Shown here: positions 37,460 to 49,994 of the stretch, one piece after another | Position numbering within the stretch: position 1 is the first letter of the stretch | Layout: every line of letters begins with the position of its first letter | Assembly (NCBI GenBank): GCA_003971905.1 | Contig: RSEE01000002.1 | Span: 992,001 to 1,056,000 of the forward strand | DNA length: 64,000 nt | Direction: 5' to 3' | Origin: Moniliella sp. 'wahieum' | Lineage: Eukaryota | Translations under genes and position numbers: made by a program | The notes under the pieces: model-generated | What the model saw: the letters and a program-made list of their open reading frames with translations, nothing else | What the model was told of the DNA's origin: nothing | Databases searched by the model: none

Positions 37460-40400
37460 ATGGCAAGCGACCCCAGTGCGGCTGACGCTGACGCCGGCCC
37501 GCCGCCGATGGCCACAACACCGCCGCTGCTGCTGCCCGCACTGCGTGTGACGGGCGCGCCCGACCCAGACCAACTCTACGACACCGAGTGGCACCGCCGC
37601 CTCCAAGTCCTCTCCGCCCCCCTCGCAGCCCAGCTCGGCAGCGTCGATGGCGCCGCCCTACGCCCACCGGCCGCCTCACTGGCGGACCTGCCGGCGTTGT
37701 ACCAGATTCAGCTCTTCCAGGAGCATGTGCTCGGCATGGATGCTCCGCGCCCCGCCAACCCCGACGCGTCTGAGTCTGCTGCACGCCACCCTACCGCCTA
37801 CCGGCTTGGTGCTTCCGACTGCCGCCCGACGCGCGCTCAGAGCAGGCCCTACACGCCCTGCTTCTCTGTCCTCCAGCAGTATGCCCGCTTCGTCCCTTCA
37901 ACCGGAGAGGACATCCTGGAACCTGCTCGCCGACCCTTCTACGCCTCCGTCTTGGCCACCGCACGCGCCCAGCTCAAAGCCCAGGGCATTCTCCCCTCCA
38001 TCTTAGTCTTTGCCCCACCCGAATGGCCTGAGGAAAAGAAGGCGCAGGCCAAGAGCTGGTCTGACTTTCTTGAACGTACGCACTGCTTCCCTCTAACCCC
38101 TTTGTACTGTTTGGTGGGGCTAACCTCCATACTCATTCTGCTTCTTAGTTGACTGGACGACGGACCGTGCCTCGGCCACCCACATCTTAAGAGACACGAT
38201 TCCTGGAGAAGAGAAAATTGAAGGCCACCAGGCATACCGTACTGTGGTGGTCGATGGTCCCAAAGCACTGTTGCATTTTTACGGGCGGCCCGGCTCGTAT
38301 GATCGCTGGGTGATCAACAGGACCGATTTGGCCCCTCCCTCAGGGGAAGTGCCTCCCCGTGTCCAACCTATGCGAGGGCGCGAGACAAGTTTGGCATGGC
38401 TTGAGAAGAGTGCATTGTACAACGAAATCTTGGACGAAGAGGACTTCGACCTTCCTCCTGCTTCTTCCGCCGCCGACCCCCATGCGGAGCTAAGTGTTTC
38501 CGATGCTGCTGCCCATGGTACCAAGCGCCTGCCTGATGAGCTCGATACGCCAGAGGGAGCAAGTATTAAAAAGGTGCGTCTGGAGATGGAGCCAACGCCT
38601 ATGCCAGAAAGTGCAAGTGGCACCCCACCCGCGCACCCTTTGCCTTCATCAACTCTCCCTACGTCCGCCGCTCCTACATCCCACCAAGAGAGCACGCAGG
38701 ACATTCCACCCGCTGGAGATACGCAGGACATTCCCACCACTGGAGATACGCAGGATATTCCCACCACTGGAGATACGCAGGATATTCCCACCACTGGAGA
38801 TGCGCCGGATATTCCCCTCCCTGAAGGTACCGAGGTCATCCGCCCTCCCGGGGAGGAGTTCGTTTGCCTGTCCAGGCTGCCTGGTTTTCTCTGCAGCGCA
38901 TCCATCCCATTGAGAGACGTTCTTTCCCGGAATTCTTCACAGGTCAAAACCGAAGCAAGACGAGCGGGGTGTACAAGCAGTACCGTGACTTTATGGTGTG
39001 CACGTACCGCCTTAACCCATTGGAATACCTTACGTTACCGCTTGCCGTCGCAACTTGCGTGGGGACGTGTGCACTCTCCTGCGGATCCATAAATTCTTGG
39101 ACCAATGGGGCGTGATCAACCATCAAGCTCTGCCTGACTCGCGGCCACAACGATTAGCCCCCCCTTTGTCGACCACTTCCGTATCACGGTGGATGTGGAT
39201 CGTGGCTGGGTCCCGCCCAAGCTGCCCCTTTCCAGACGGCGCGTCCCCAGACCGCACGAACCCGAGTGGACATCGAGTCGTTTGCCAAGGGGCTGGATGT
39301 CACTGACTGCTGCGCCGGAAAAGGGCGCCCCCAGAACGGGGACATTGCACCCGCCTGTTCGCCCTATGGTGCGGTTCACTTGCGATACGTGCGGGGTAGA
39401 TTGTACCCGAACACGGTATATGCTACTGCACCCCTCCAAGGAGGAGGAAGGAAGCTCGTGGTGTACTCTATGCTACGAGGCAGGGCGTTTTCCTTCCTCT
39501 GTGGGGTGGGGCGATCTGCTTCGAACCGAATTCGACCCTTTAATCCACAGGAAGGCGCACACGCTCTTTGGCGAGCTCCTCATCAGCCTCGGATGATTGG
39601 TCGGAGATGGAAACGTTGTTCCTCCTTCGTGCTGTGCGTGCACATGGCATTAATTGGGACGCGGTGTCCAATACGGTGGGTACTCGTTCGCCTCAAGAAT
39701 GCGCGCTCAAGTTCTTGAAGATGCCGTTGGAGGATCAGTTTTTGAACGAGATGGAACCTAATAAAGCGGGGAAACTGAATCGGGCGCAGCATCACGCCAC
39801 CCGTGCTGGGCCCATATGGGTTGACCGGACAAGGCCGGTTTGCTGCTCCTTTCAACAATACGGACAGCCCTGTGTTGTCCGTCTTGGCCGTCTTATCCTC
39901 TTTGGTTCCATCGGACGTGGTGCAGCATGCTACTGGGCGTGCCCTTGCTGCGCTGGAGAAAATTATCACCAAGGGAACGGAACAACGGGCTGAGCAGATG
40001 GAAGCCAAGGCAAGGCCCATGCTCTTGCCCAGAAGAAGGAACAAGCTAAAACCAGCTCCGAAGCCAACGGCCGGAAGAAAGAAAGCACTGCTGAAGCCCA
40101 GACCGGTGATCAGTCCAAAGATGAGCCTAAGGATGGGAAATGGGTCCCTCCAAGGGAGAAGAGAGCGGCTCTGGCGAACACACATCTGGAGGCGATCCAG
40201 AAAATAAGCAAGAGCATGGTAAGGAGCCTGCTCAACCGAGCCAAACTGAAGATGAAAGTACCATGGACAAGCCCGAGTCAGGGCCGGCTGGTCATCTTGC
40301 CTCAGAGGTTACTCCTCAAACTGCTTCCACCAAAGACGGCGCAGAGCCAGCTTCATCCGTGGGGAAGATGGCCCTAGCCGCAGTGTGCCTGCCGGTGAAA

Positions 40401-41176
40401 AAGGTTCATTGGAACCTGGTGTATCGGCGCCCAAATCGCCCGAAAAGGAAAACGAGGCATCTCTACAGGCAAACGGAGTCGTCAAGGAAAAGGATTCAAG
40501 CGCCTCCTTGGACGACAAGGCAGCGGGAGCAGTGGGTCAATATGTACGTTCGCCTCACTCCCGAAGAATTACGGGCACGGGAGAACTTGAGGGATGTGGT
40601 GGAGGCGCACACGGAGCGCTTCGACACCTACCTCAATGACTTTGAAGCGTATGAGGCCCGCTTGGGAGAAAAGCGGCAGCAGCTGGCCAAGAGACGATCT
40701 GAGCTGTATGCGGAACGGCTCGCGGTTCAGTCGCAAGTGTTGCAGCTAGCTAGTATGGTTGAACGACACCATCAGCAAGCCCAAGCGCCCCGCTTGTGTC
40801 CTCGCCTGCCTTGGCGCCTCCTGGCCAGTCTGCTCCCTCACCACAGCCCCAGTTGGGGCGTGAGCTTGCAAACGAGGCGGAACCTGGGGTAGAGCCCGAA
40901 TCGCAGACCCAGACGCAACTCGAGAGCGAATCTCCACAGAACGGACTCTCTGGCACAGTTGAACCCCTCGCTCTGACTCGTCTTCTTCTCCCGACGATGC
41001 AGAAGATGAGGGCTTCGAGGATGACCCAGCGACACAGGAGGCGTCACAGGCTGACGGTCAACTGGAACCTGACGCAACGCAGGCCGACGAGACGCAGGAC
41101 GACCCAGGCCGACGAGACGCAGGCAGACGAGTCGCTGGCTCCTTCCTCCTGGACGGGAGATGGGACGCCTGCGTAA
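37460..41176 (+). CDS. SWI/SNF-RSC core subunit Swi3/Rsc8/SMARCC (N-terminal module, SWIRM, ZZ-like, SANT, coiled coil)
   Basis: [24 protein letters not shown]...[18 protein letters not shown]...[33 protein letters not shown]...[29 protein letters not shown]...[44 protein letters not shown]; intron ~38076-38148. Confidence 0.93.
38694..38816 (+). repeat. 27-bp coding tandem repeat (TQDIPTTGD x ~4.5)
   Basis: acgcaggayattcccaccactggagat repeated in frame, between the N-terminal module and SWIRM. Confidence 0.95.
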
Positions 41177-41891
41177 TGCCGCGGTTTGTCGCACATTTCA
41201 ATACCTGAACTTGTTTTGTCTTTTTCATATGGAGTTCTGCCACAACTTGCGACACAGTGGCCGTTCACTTGACCGTAGTCCCACGTTTTAGTGAACCCCT
41301 GGATGTTGTAGAGGTGCAAGGCTGGCATAGACACTGGTTGTCTACTTGGGGATACCTTCTCTTGAATTCTTTTGTTTTGTCGAGTGTTGATGGCGAGCGT
41401 CTCGGTGGACTACATAGTAGTAGCGAGCTACACCAAGGCAGAGATACGGTAGCCAGCATTCTGTCGCCACAATGCGTCAGACTGGAGTGTGGACGGATCA
41501 TGCTCAGTTGGTCCTTTTATGGCTGTTCAACCACACATCACCTCCGTATTGATCAGGACTTGCTTATCGCTTTCATGCAAAAGGGTAATGCCGTCTATCA
41601 TCGTCCAGTCAGTTGAACGTTGAGGCGATGGTCGGCTGCCGCCTCGTTCAATGGAACTCGGATGGCTGTGCCAAAGAGTGCGTAGAACCATTCATTCACC
41701 TGCACTTGCCTATGCCGCCCACTGGAAATTGGTGAGGCACCAACGGGAAATGGCTAAGCAGTCAATATTCAATTTCCCTAGCGCAATGATTACGTCATCA
41801 TTCCACGTCATCTTGGGGCACCAAGCCGAGGAGCAGATGTCGGATGCGAGGTCACAGTACCAGCACCACCATCACGATTGCGGCAACCACC

Positions 41892-42470
41892 ATGACGCGC
41901 TCCCCCCGTGCGGCGGCCTCTTCGCCTGGGTTCTACTTGGACTTGTGTTCTGTGCGAGCAATGTTCAGGCCCAGGGTTTCTTCCAGCACATATTTGGTCA
42001 GCATGGTGGGCCCAGTGGTGCTGAGAAGGAACCCACTACGTCCGGCGATCCATCTTGGTTCCGCGAACGCGTTGACGCAGGTACGTTTGAATCTATGCTA
42101 CATCTCCCCTTACTCGGTCTGCATGGTTGTTCCGGATGATTCGTCGGCCATGCCTGTCCCGATTCGTCGCAGACTTGGTTGAGGCGCCGAAGTGTGATTC
42201 TATCAATAAAGCTTGGATGGTATGACTGACAATTGTGCTTTGCTCACAGCCAAATGCACATCTTACCTTTGTCCCGATACTCTTGCCTGCGTCCCGAACC
42301 CATCAGCATGCCCCTGTCCTTTTGCCGAACAGCAGCGGTGTATCTACTCGTCGGAGCCAGCCCCAGGTGAGGCGGCGCGCATCGATTCGGGAGGATACTT
42401 TTGTGTGCAAGCACCTGATTGCCATGCCGTCATGCTTGCCCAAGCTCTCACGCACAATCCGAGCCCTTAG
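41892..42470 (+). CDS. LCL2: Long chronological lifespan protein 2 (secretory, ERAD-associated), 1 intron (~42081-42249)
   Basis: Signal peptide then QGFFQHIFGQ; CTSYLCPDTLACVPNPSACPCP motif. Confidence 0.88.
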
Positions 42471-43395
42471 CCTCCGCTATTTCCCTTTCCCAATTAATCA
42501 CACCACATCTGCTCTTTGAGAGCTATCCAATCTGCAGCGCTCGCCTCTTTGATGAGAGTCACCCGGACCTCCGATTGCCCGAACTTAATCCTCAATTGTC
42601 CCTCTCCTCTCCCATATATAGTGAGATTCACGAGACAACATGTTCGGCCGTTCTGAATCGAAATGCCACGAGCATGGCTCCTTTTGGGAAGAAGAACGCA
42701 TGAGAGATCACTTATCCAGGTACTTCCACACTCTTATTGCGTCAGCTTCTATTTTGTCAGTCCTAACGTCTAAGCCGTTGTTGTGTTGCCTTATGGAGTT
42801 TTTGGTATACGAGAGTGCAGACATCCGCCTTAGGATCCGTCTGGGTGTGGATCATGTTGCTTTAAAGGTGAGGCCATGACGCTGAAGGGGTATATAACAC
42901 AGGGGCCGCGGACCTGATCGATGCTCCATCTTTATTCTTGGGACTTAGGTCTACATGGGTGCACTGCCAACGAAGTACTGGAGCTGTCATTAATTGGCGT
43001 GCACATTACACCGACAATCGATCACCGGTCACTGATCATTCCGCCCCGCACCGGATTTTAAGCTGATTTTCTGTCGAACATGGAACGTTGGACGTTGAAC
43101 GTTGAACGTTGAATGTTGAAGTCAAGTACCAAGTGGCGCGAAGAAAAAGTGTCCTTCCGCTTGTCCAACTAAGGAAAGTATCTCCTTGTTCTCCACTACA
43201 ACCTATCCACCATGACAAGCATTCGTGCATGGGCTACCCTCCCCACACACCTTGTGAGGCACACACGCCACTTATCCTCTTTTTTCGCCAATCTCGTCTG
43301 CCGAGAGAGACAAGGAGTCTGGCCTCTCGCGTGCGCCGGCGCCACCAAGCATCGAAACCCCGTTCTCGGCAGCCCGTCCGGACGCGGAACAGATC

Positions 43396-45080
43396 ATGGG
43401 TGTTCCGGATCCCTCTGCCCCCAACCGCACTCCTTTGCGCAACTCTAACATTCGCACTCCTTTGCGCAAGTCTAACATTACTAAGCATACGAAAAAACGT
43501 CGTTCACCGTTCGTCTCCTCCAAGAAGGCCAAAATCATTGGTATCGATCCCGAAGAGCTGGAGGTGCAGCAGTTTTTGGGCCCTGAGGCGGTGGAGCGGC
43601 GTAGGTCGCCAAGTACAACCCAAGAGCATGTACATTCCATTGGACACACCTTTCAGGTCACTATTGAAAGGCTCACGCCGACCGGGTGCGGCCTTGCGCG
43701 AGATCCACTAAATGAGGATTGGGCCATCCTTGTTCCCAAGACGTTGCCCGGCGACAAATTGGTAGTGAGGGTCGTGCACAATTTGAGATGCATTCTAAAG
43801 CTCTCATCGAGGACATTTTGGTCCCTCTGAAATGCGTACCGAGACTCCCCTTTGTAAGAACTTCCACTCCTGCGGTGGATGCCAGTACCAGATGCTGTCC
43901 TATCCCCAACAACTTGATCTGAAACGCCAAGTGGTGGACAAGGCGTTTGCAAACTACAGTGGGTTGAAAGTCTCCCTCATCCCGCGGGCGGAGGAAACTT
44001 TGCCTTCACCTAAGGAATATGGCTATCGCACAAATTTTTACCTCACTTTGAGCTGCCTCCCAGAATACGCAAGTGGAGGGAACAAGAAACGCTCTACGCC
44101 AAGTTGTCCAAAAAGTCTTTGGACTTGTCGAACCCAGTTTACCCACCACCCCCGCCAGAACCATTTCCTATTGGGATGAGCGGAGATGATGGCTGCGTGA
44201 TGGATATTGATGACTGCCGTCTTGCGACTGATGCGATGAATCAATGCTGAAAGAGGTGCGGAAAGAGGTGCAGGACAAAATCCACCACTACCGTAATGGG
44301 GCGTCACTGTTGATACGGGATTCGCTGGTCCCTCCCAACTTGGACTCGGTTTCGAATGGGAACCACTCACCTCGCAAGTGGTAAACGGATCAAAAAAGGG
44401 GGTGTGGCGTATGAAAAAGTGGGTACTACGTGGTTCCATGTCCCGGCCAACGACTTTTTCCAGTTCAACCGTTCCATCCTCGTTCCCTTTGTCGAATACA
44501 TACGCAACGAGATTGTGCGCTGGAGGTCCACCCTCCCAGCGGCCCAGAGCGCCGAGCCAAGTTACCTGATTGACGCATACTGTGGGTCGGGACTGTTTGC
44601 GCTGACGCTGGCACCCATGTTCAAACAAGTGGCTGGGGTGGAAATCTCCTCAAAGGCAGTCGAATGTGCCGTGGAAAACGCGGCGGCCAACAACGTGCCA
44701 ACGTTACCTTTCAATTGGGCTCGGCCGAAAAGATTTTTGGCACCAAGCACATCAAAATGTTTGAACCGGAGAGGACTACGGTGGTGATTGACCCCCGCGA
44801 CGTGGCTCCGACCCAGTCTTCCTGAATCAACTACTCAAACTGCGCCCCAAATGATCATCTATGTATCTTGCAACGTGCATACCCAAGCTCGCGATGTGGG
44901 CTATCTCCTCAATCACGATCCCGCCTACTCGATCTTCTCCCTCCGTGGTGCCGACTTTTTCCCTCAGACCCAGTATGTTCATCCACTCGATGGGCATGGT
45001 CATTAACCATTTGTTATTGGTCATACTAACCCCTTTCTTGCAGCCATGTCGAGGGAATTTGCATACTGCACCGAGAATAA
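43396..45080 (+). CDS. TRM2: tRNA (uracil-54-C5)-methyltransferase
   Basis: TRAM-like N-terminus, CGGCQYQMLSYPQQL, FFQFN, LIDAYCGSGLFAL, IIYVSCNVHTQARD, DFFPQT/HVE with an intron near 44973-45042. Confidence 0.93.
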
Positions 45081-46271
45081 GGCCAGCCCACCCATAACCA
45101 TCCTCACCGTGCCATGCGCCCTACCCGCTTTTGCTCGGCTGGCTTTCCCTCTCTACCTGCAGGAGCAACGTACGGGAGTGTCCCACTGTGACCATAGGTT
45201 CCCTTACATCTGATCCAATCTGCTCTCGTATGCATCCACGAGGAACAGAGTGCAGGCCTGGGAAGCATTCCAGGAAGGCGGACCAGCTTTCGATGAGATA
45301 TGCATGCCCGGCAGTGGATGGCGGTGCATAAGAAATGGCCTATGCCGGGTATGGTGCTACAAACTGGGTTAGTGAGGCGGGGTGGTATGACAGCTCTGGC
45401 GTTCTGATAGTGGGGCGCGATGACTTTTCAACACCACGATGGCAGAGTTTCCCCCAAAGCAGAAGGCAAATGCTCATGCTTTGTAAAAAGTAGGAGGTCG
45501 CTCCCACTCAAAAATACAACCGTGTCTGCTGAAAAAGTCTTTGGTGCCATAGATGAAGCTAGCTAAGCTCTGATGCAGCAGGGCTAAAAAACTGGCCACT
45601 GGCAGGAATACAAACACCGTTTGAGGTCTACAGCCGGAGTGGAGGGACTTGGTAAATATAATCATGGCTCATCCTAAATCCACAGACAGATGGGTCTTCA
45701 TGAGGTCTTCATTTCTCTGTCCAACTCTAGAACTGAAGTCGCGTCGTATTTTCTTAACGGGGTCCTTTCCTGATCCAGTAAGTATTCCTTGCATCCGCAA
45801 ACCATGTTGACACCACAAAACCCTTATTCTTGGCTTGAAGTGCACCCTTGAATGCGTTTCGCCAACTCAGGACAGTGTCCAAGTTCGCTCCGAGAGTGTG
45901 GATACCTACCAAGCCCAAACCTCATATATAGTTTTTTATTTGGGGCCATCGACAACTGGTGGGACAATTACGATCGACCCCAGGGCTTCTGCGGTTCGGG
46001 AGCAGCAAAGGGTGCCTGTTCTCTTAGATGTCGAAGAAGGCAACGGTCATGAAGACGAGAGTAGTAAGGATGAGGTGCACAGGCGCGGCTGACGAAGGTG
46101 AGGAACTGTAACGGGTGCACTCCGGCAGCTTCAACTACGATACGACCTGGTTAGTTCATGGGCCGTTATCAGAAGGGCACTACTAACACAGCTACAACAG
46201 GCCAAATAGGGATATTGCGTGCAAAGAAAGGACATGGTGGCCGTCTCTTGTCCAAGAAAAAATAGATAGAG

Positions 46272-48083
46272 CTAAGGGCCCCAACTAGATCGCGGGGAAC
46301 GCGCTTGACGGTCCCTGTGGCCCCGAATGGAATGATCGCGCCGCAGCTGGTCCCGCCTGGAACCGTGGCTTGAGCGCGCATCGTACCCTCTGGACTCTGA
46401 ACGGTATCCCGGACCGACGGAAGAACGGTCATACTCCCCAGGTGAAGGAGGAGAAAGCATATCGCTCGCCCTTCGTTTCTTGGCCAAGTCAGGACCCAGA
46501 GAGCTATGCTTGCGCTTCGTAGGACGCTCGTCCTCTATCCGACGTGGAGGGGCCTCCGACGAACTTTCATCCAAGGCGGGAGAATTGTTCTGGACGAGCT
46601 TGTTGAAGAGGTCACGCATCTTACTTGGCTGAACCTGGGAGCATCAATCATGTTAAGCTTCCACCCTAACAAGAGATGAATGGGAATGGGGGACGTACCT
46701 CGGAAGGCCAAAAGTAGGATGCAAACGTCACAGGTGACGCTCAAGTTTTTGACGTTGAGCGCGCGACTGAGTCTGGGACTGGGTCTTGACCAAGCGATCG
46801 ATCTGTTTTCCGATTGCAGCGAGCGCAAGCTTAAGAATCGGCACTGTGTGTTCGCGATCCATCGGGTCGAGTCCATTCCGTAGACGTTTGAGATGCTTGC
46901 GACAGGGACGAAGGAGTTCTTTGCATTGCGCTTCATCCATATCGTCATCTTCATCCTCCTCTTCCTCTTCTTCCGAGTCAGAGTAATCCAGCGATACGCC
47001 CCCTGGACCGACGGAGGCACGGGCTGGGAATCCCTCACTCATGGAAAAATCCGACGCATCAGCAACCACGGCCTTGAGATGATCATCGTGTTCCCGCAAA
47101 ACCTTGAGCAGATAATCTGCCCTCCGCACGAGGTGGACTGAGCTGGGAATGGCCTTGACTTTGGACCAGTCATCGCCAGACTGAATGGCTGGGGCGGGGC
47201 TGTCCTTAGCTTTGTGTTTTTCCTTCTTGGCTTCCTCCACTTTCTTATTTCTCTCCTTTTCTTCCATCAAGAAGAATTTGCCTGTCAGCTTAAGACCCGG
47301 ATCGGCTTCGACTTGCTCCCACGAGCCCAAGCCATAGCGGTAGCACCCGATAAGCAGGTGGGCGTCATCCTCGGCACTCCAGGGCACAGACCAGTTCATG
47401 GTCGTCTTGAGCGACTTGGCCGGCACGCGCCACGCATTCTGTTCCTCCTCGTCTAGTGGGTCCAGCGTCTCGCCCAAGAGGCGAAGGTCGTTGTGGCGAA
47501 TGACCGTCGTCTCGGCATTGATCTTGTCGACGCCATGAAACTTGACTAGGACAGCCTTCTGTCGCAGTTTGGATACATCCTCACCGCGTGCTAGCATCGC
47601 GCGCAGCTGGCGGTCGTGGGCTTGAACAGCCGCCGTGCAGATCGCAAGGAGGTCGGCCGTGGTGCGCATGACAACGGCCTTGTTCTTACCTTGCAGACGG
47701 GCCTCCTCCACCAGCTGATCATAGCGGTAGCCGGGGTCGCCCCACTTGTGCACGCCACGGAGGAGTGTACGAATGTCGCGATCGTTGATCTCCATCGACT
47801 TTTCCGCAGCCGACTTGAGCTTGCGCCGGGGCACGGGTGCAGACGTTGGTTTGCTGGGGGCAGAGGAGGCGGCGGCGGCAGGCGGATCGGCGAGGCTGGC
47901 GCTGCGGCTGCGGCTAGGGTGGGGGCTGCTGCTGCCTCGACGGCTGGGTTCAGGCTCGGGCGAGGCAGCAGCGGACTCGGTGCCCTCCGAGTCGGAGGCG
48001 AAGATGGGCATGGGGGCGGCGGTGGTGGGAGGGGCAGAGGTGGGGATGGTGGCGGCCCGAGCAAAGAGGATAGGATGGGGCAC
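46272..48083 (-). CDS. CHD1-derived protein containing only the SANT-SLIDE DNA-binding region and C-terminal CHCT (DUF4208) domain
   Basis: RDIRTLLRGVHKWGD, KQKAVLV-like RQKAVLVKF, INAETTVIRHNDL, WSVPWSAEDDAHLLIGCYRYGLGSWEQVEADPGLKLTGKFFL, VHLVRRADYLL, CKELLRPCRKHLKRL...HLWTFASYFWP; intron ~46636-46698; no chromodomain or Snf2 ATPase motifs upstream. Confidence 0.85.
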
Positions 48084-48486
48084 GCAAGACCGGGGGGGCG
48101 GCGTGCACGGAGGCGGCAGGGGAGTGGGCGTGCCGACGGCGGCTGAGCAGGACGCAGGACCAGTGCGAGTGAGCGGTGAGGGTGAGCTGGCCAGTTGGCG
48201 CTGCTGCGGCTGGGGGTGCGGCGGGTGCGGCGTGGTGCCGGTGCACGGCGGCTGCTAGCAGCGGCGGGGCGCGGCTGCCGGGGCTGTCGGGGTTGCCGGG
48301 GTTGCCGCGGTTGTCGGCGGGGCGGGCCAAATTGGCCGCCCCGACGGAGCAGCGCCGCGCAGCCGCTTGGCTGCTGGCGGAATAGCCGCCACCTGCCCCG
48401 CCCCTGCCCCCCCCCTGCCCCGCGCTGCCTGCATCCTGTCGGCTATGCCCTGCGTGTCCGCCCGCGCGCGCCCGCATCCATGCCCA

Positions 48487-48727
48487 CTAGTCCTGCGACG
48501 CACATCCCCGGCACCCACAGTTCTGGCACTCCACCACCGGCCCCGCCCGCAGCACCGCCTTGGGCACGCGGCAAATGCACGTCGCGCCCTCGGAGTTGTT
48601 GTCGCGCGCTTGGTTGCAGCGCACGCAGCACAACTTTCCGTACCCTTGCCGCTTTCACTTGGCCATCAGACTGACATAGCGTTCCTTGATCAACCAGTCG
48701 TATCCGGCTGGTACGGATCGATGGCAT
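48487..48727 (-). pseudogene. BUD31: BUD31/G10 splicing factor relic with large internal deletion
   Basis: MPSIRTSR joined directly to [69 protein letters not shown]; the Cys-rich C-terminus is clearly Bud31 and the helical middle is absent. Confidence 0.85.
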
Positions 48728-49062
48728 GGAGGGGGCACCGCGCTAGCTACGCTGCAAGTAGTAGCGTAGGGATGATGGGTGGGAATGTACTTGTGGTTGC
48801 GGTAGCTCTCGTGAACGACGCCACCAGCTTCTGCTACTGAGGGTCCCGCGTCCCGTGGGTCCAGCGTCCAGCGTCCAGCAGCCCCAAGCACCCAATTTCC
48901 GGCGGAGTAGTTGGGCACACGAATTAATGAACTTTCATATTTCACCCTCTCTCCAATTCCGCCGCCTGGGCATACGCGTTCCACCAACCACAGCGGCGGC
49001 GCACACATCCCCTCACGCCCAACCCCACCGTCGTCCCCCTCCCCTCCCCCTCCATCCGACCC

Positions 49063-49994
49063 ATGCAGACCGTACTCGCTCCTGCCTCCGCCCCGGGCTG
49101 CCTGTCGCGGGAGCCAACCAGCGTGGCTTCAACCCCTACACGTCCAACGGCGGCTCCATCCTCGCTGTGGCAGGACAAGACTTTTGCGTCCTGGCTGGCG
49201 ACACTCGTCAGTCTGAGGGCTACAACATCCAGACCCGCTACAAGCCGCGCGTATTTCGTCTGTGCGTACCCGCCTTTCTTCTGTTGGGCTGTTCTGCCAT
49301 GCTAACTCTTACGATGTAGGAACGACCGTGCGACGCTGGCGACCAATGGGTTTTCCGCCGACGCCGAGGCGCTGGTGCAACTGGTTCGGGCCCGCTTGGA
49401 GCTGTACCGCTATGCACATGGTAATCGATGCCCCTTGCGGGGATTGCACGCATGCTCTGCACTATTCTGTATGGCAAGCGATTCTTCCCGTACTATGTGT
49501 GGAATGTGCTTGGTGGTCTGGACGAGGAGGGGAAGGGTGCTGTCTACTCGTTTGATCCGGTCGGTTCGTACGAGCGCGAGGTGTGCCGAGCGGCCGGGGC
49601 GGCACAAAGCTTGCTGCAGCCTTTCCTCGACTCCCAGGTGATGTACAAGAACCAAACCGCCACCCCGGGGCGGCCGTTACCCATCCCAGGCCACATTTCG
49701 CTCCAGCATGCGATCAGCATCGCCACCGACTCGTTCACCTCGGCCACCGAGCGACACATTGAAGTTGGTGATGGCCTGGAGATCTTTGTTGTACGCAACC
49801 CCAAGGCGGAGACCGAGGCAAAGGAGGAGGATGCGACGATGACGGGGCAAGATGGATCGGTGGCGGTGCCGCCGCCGGCGAACGCGCTTAACCTCCTCGC
49901 CGCGCCGTTCAATGCCGTTGAGGCGCAAGGGGGAGAAGATGAGCAGCTTCCTGGTGCGACATTGGTCATTCGTAGGGAACTCAAGAAGGACTAA
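49063..49994 (+). CDS. PRE7: 20S proteasome subunit beta-6 (PSMB1), 1 intron (~49263-49319)
   Basis: FNPYTSNGGSILAVAGQDFCVLAGDTRQSEGYNIQTRY, LYGKRFFPYYV, GKGAVYSFDPVGSYERE, DSFTSATERHIEVGDGL, C-terminal RRELKKD; start codon approximate. Confidence 0.96.

Noticed and set aside
46725..48660. TGA read as Trp (alternative genetic code) at CHD1 HL*/W and BUD31 K*K
   Set aside because: The CHD1 case is a missing G with a frameshift, TGG is used for Trp throughout, and TGA terminates VPS55 and the helicase normally.
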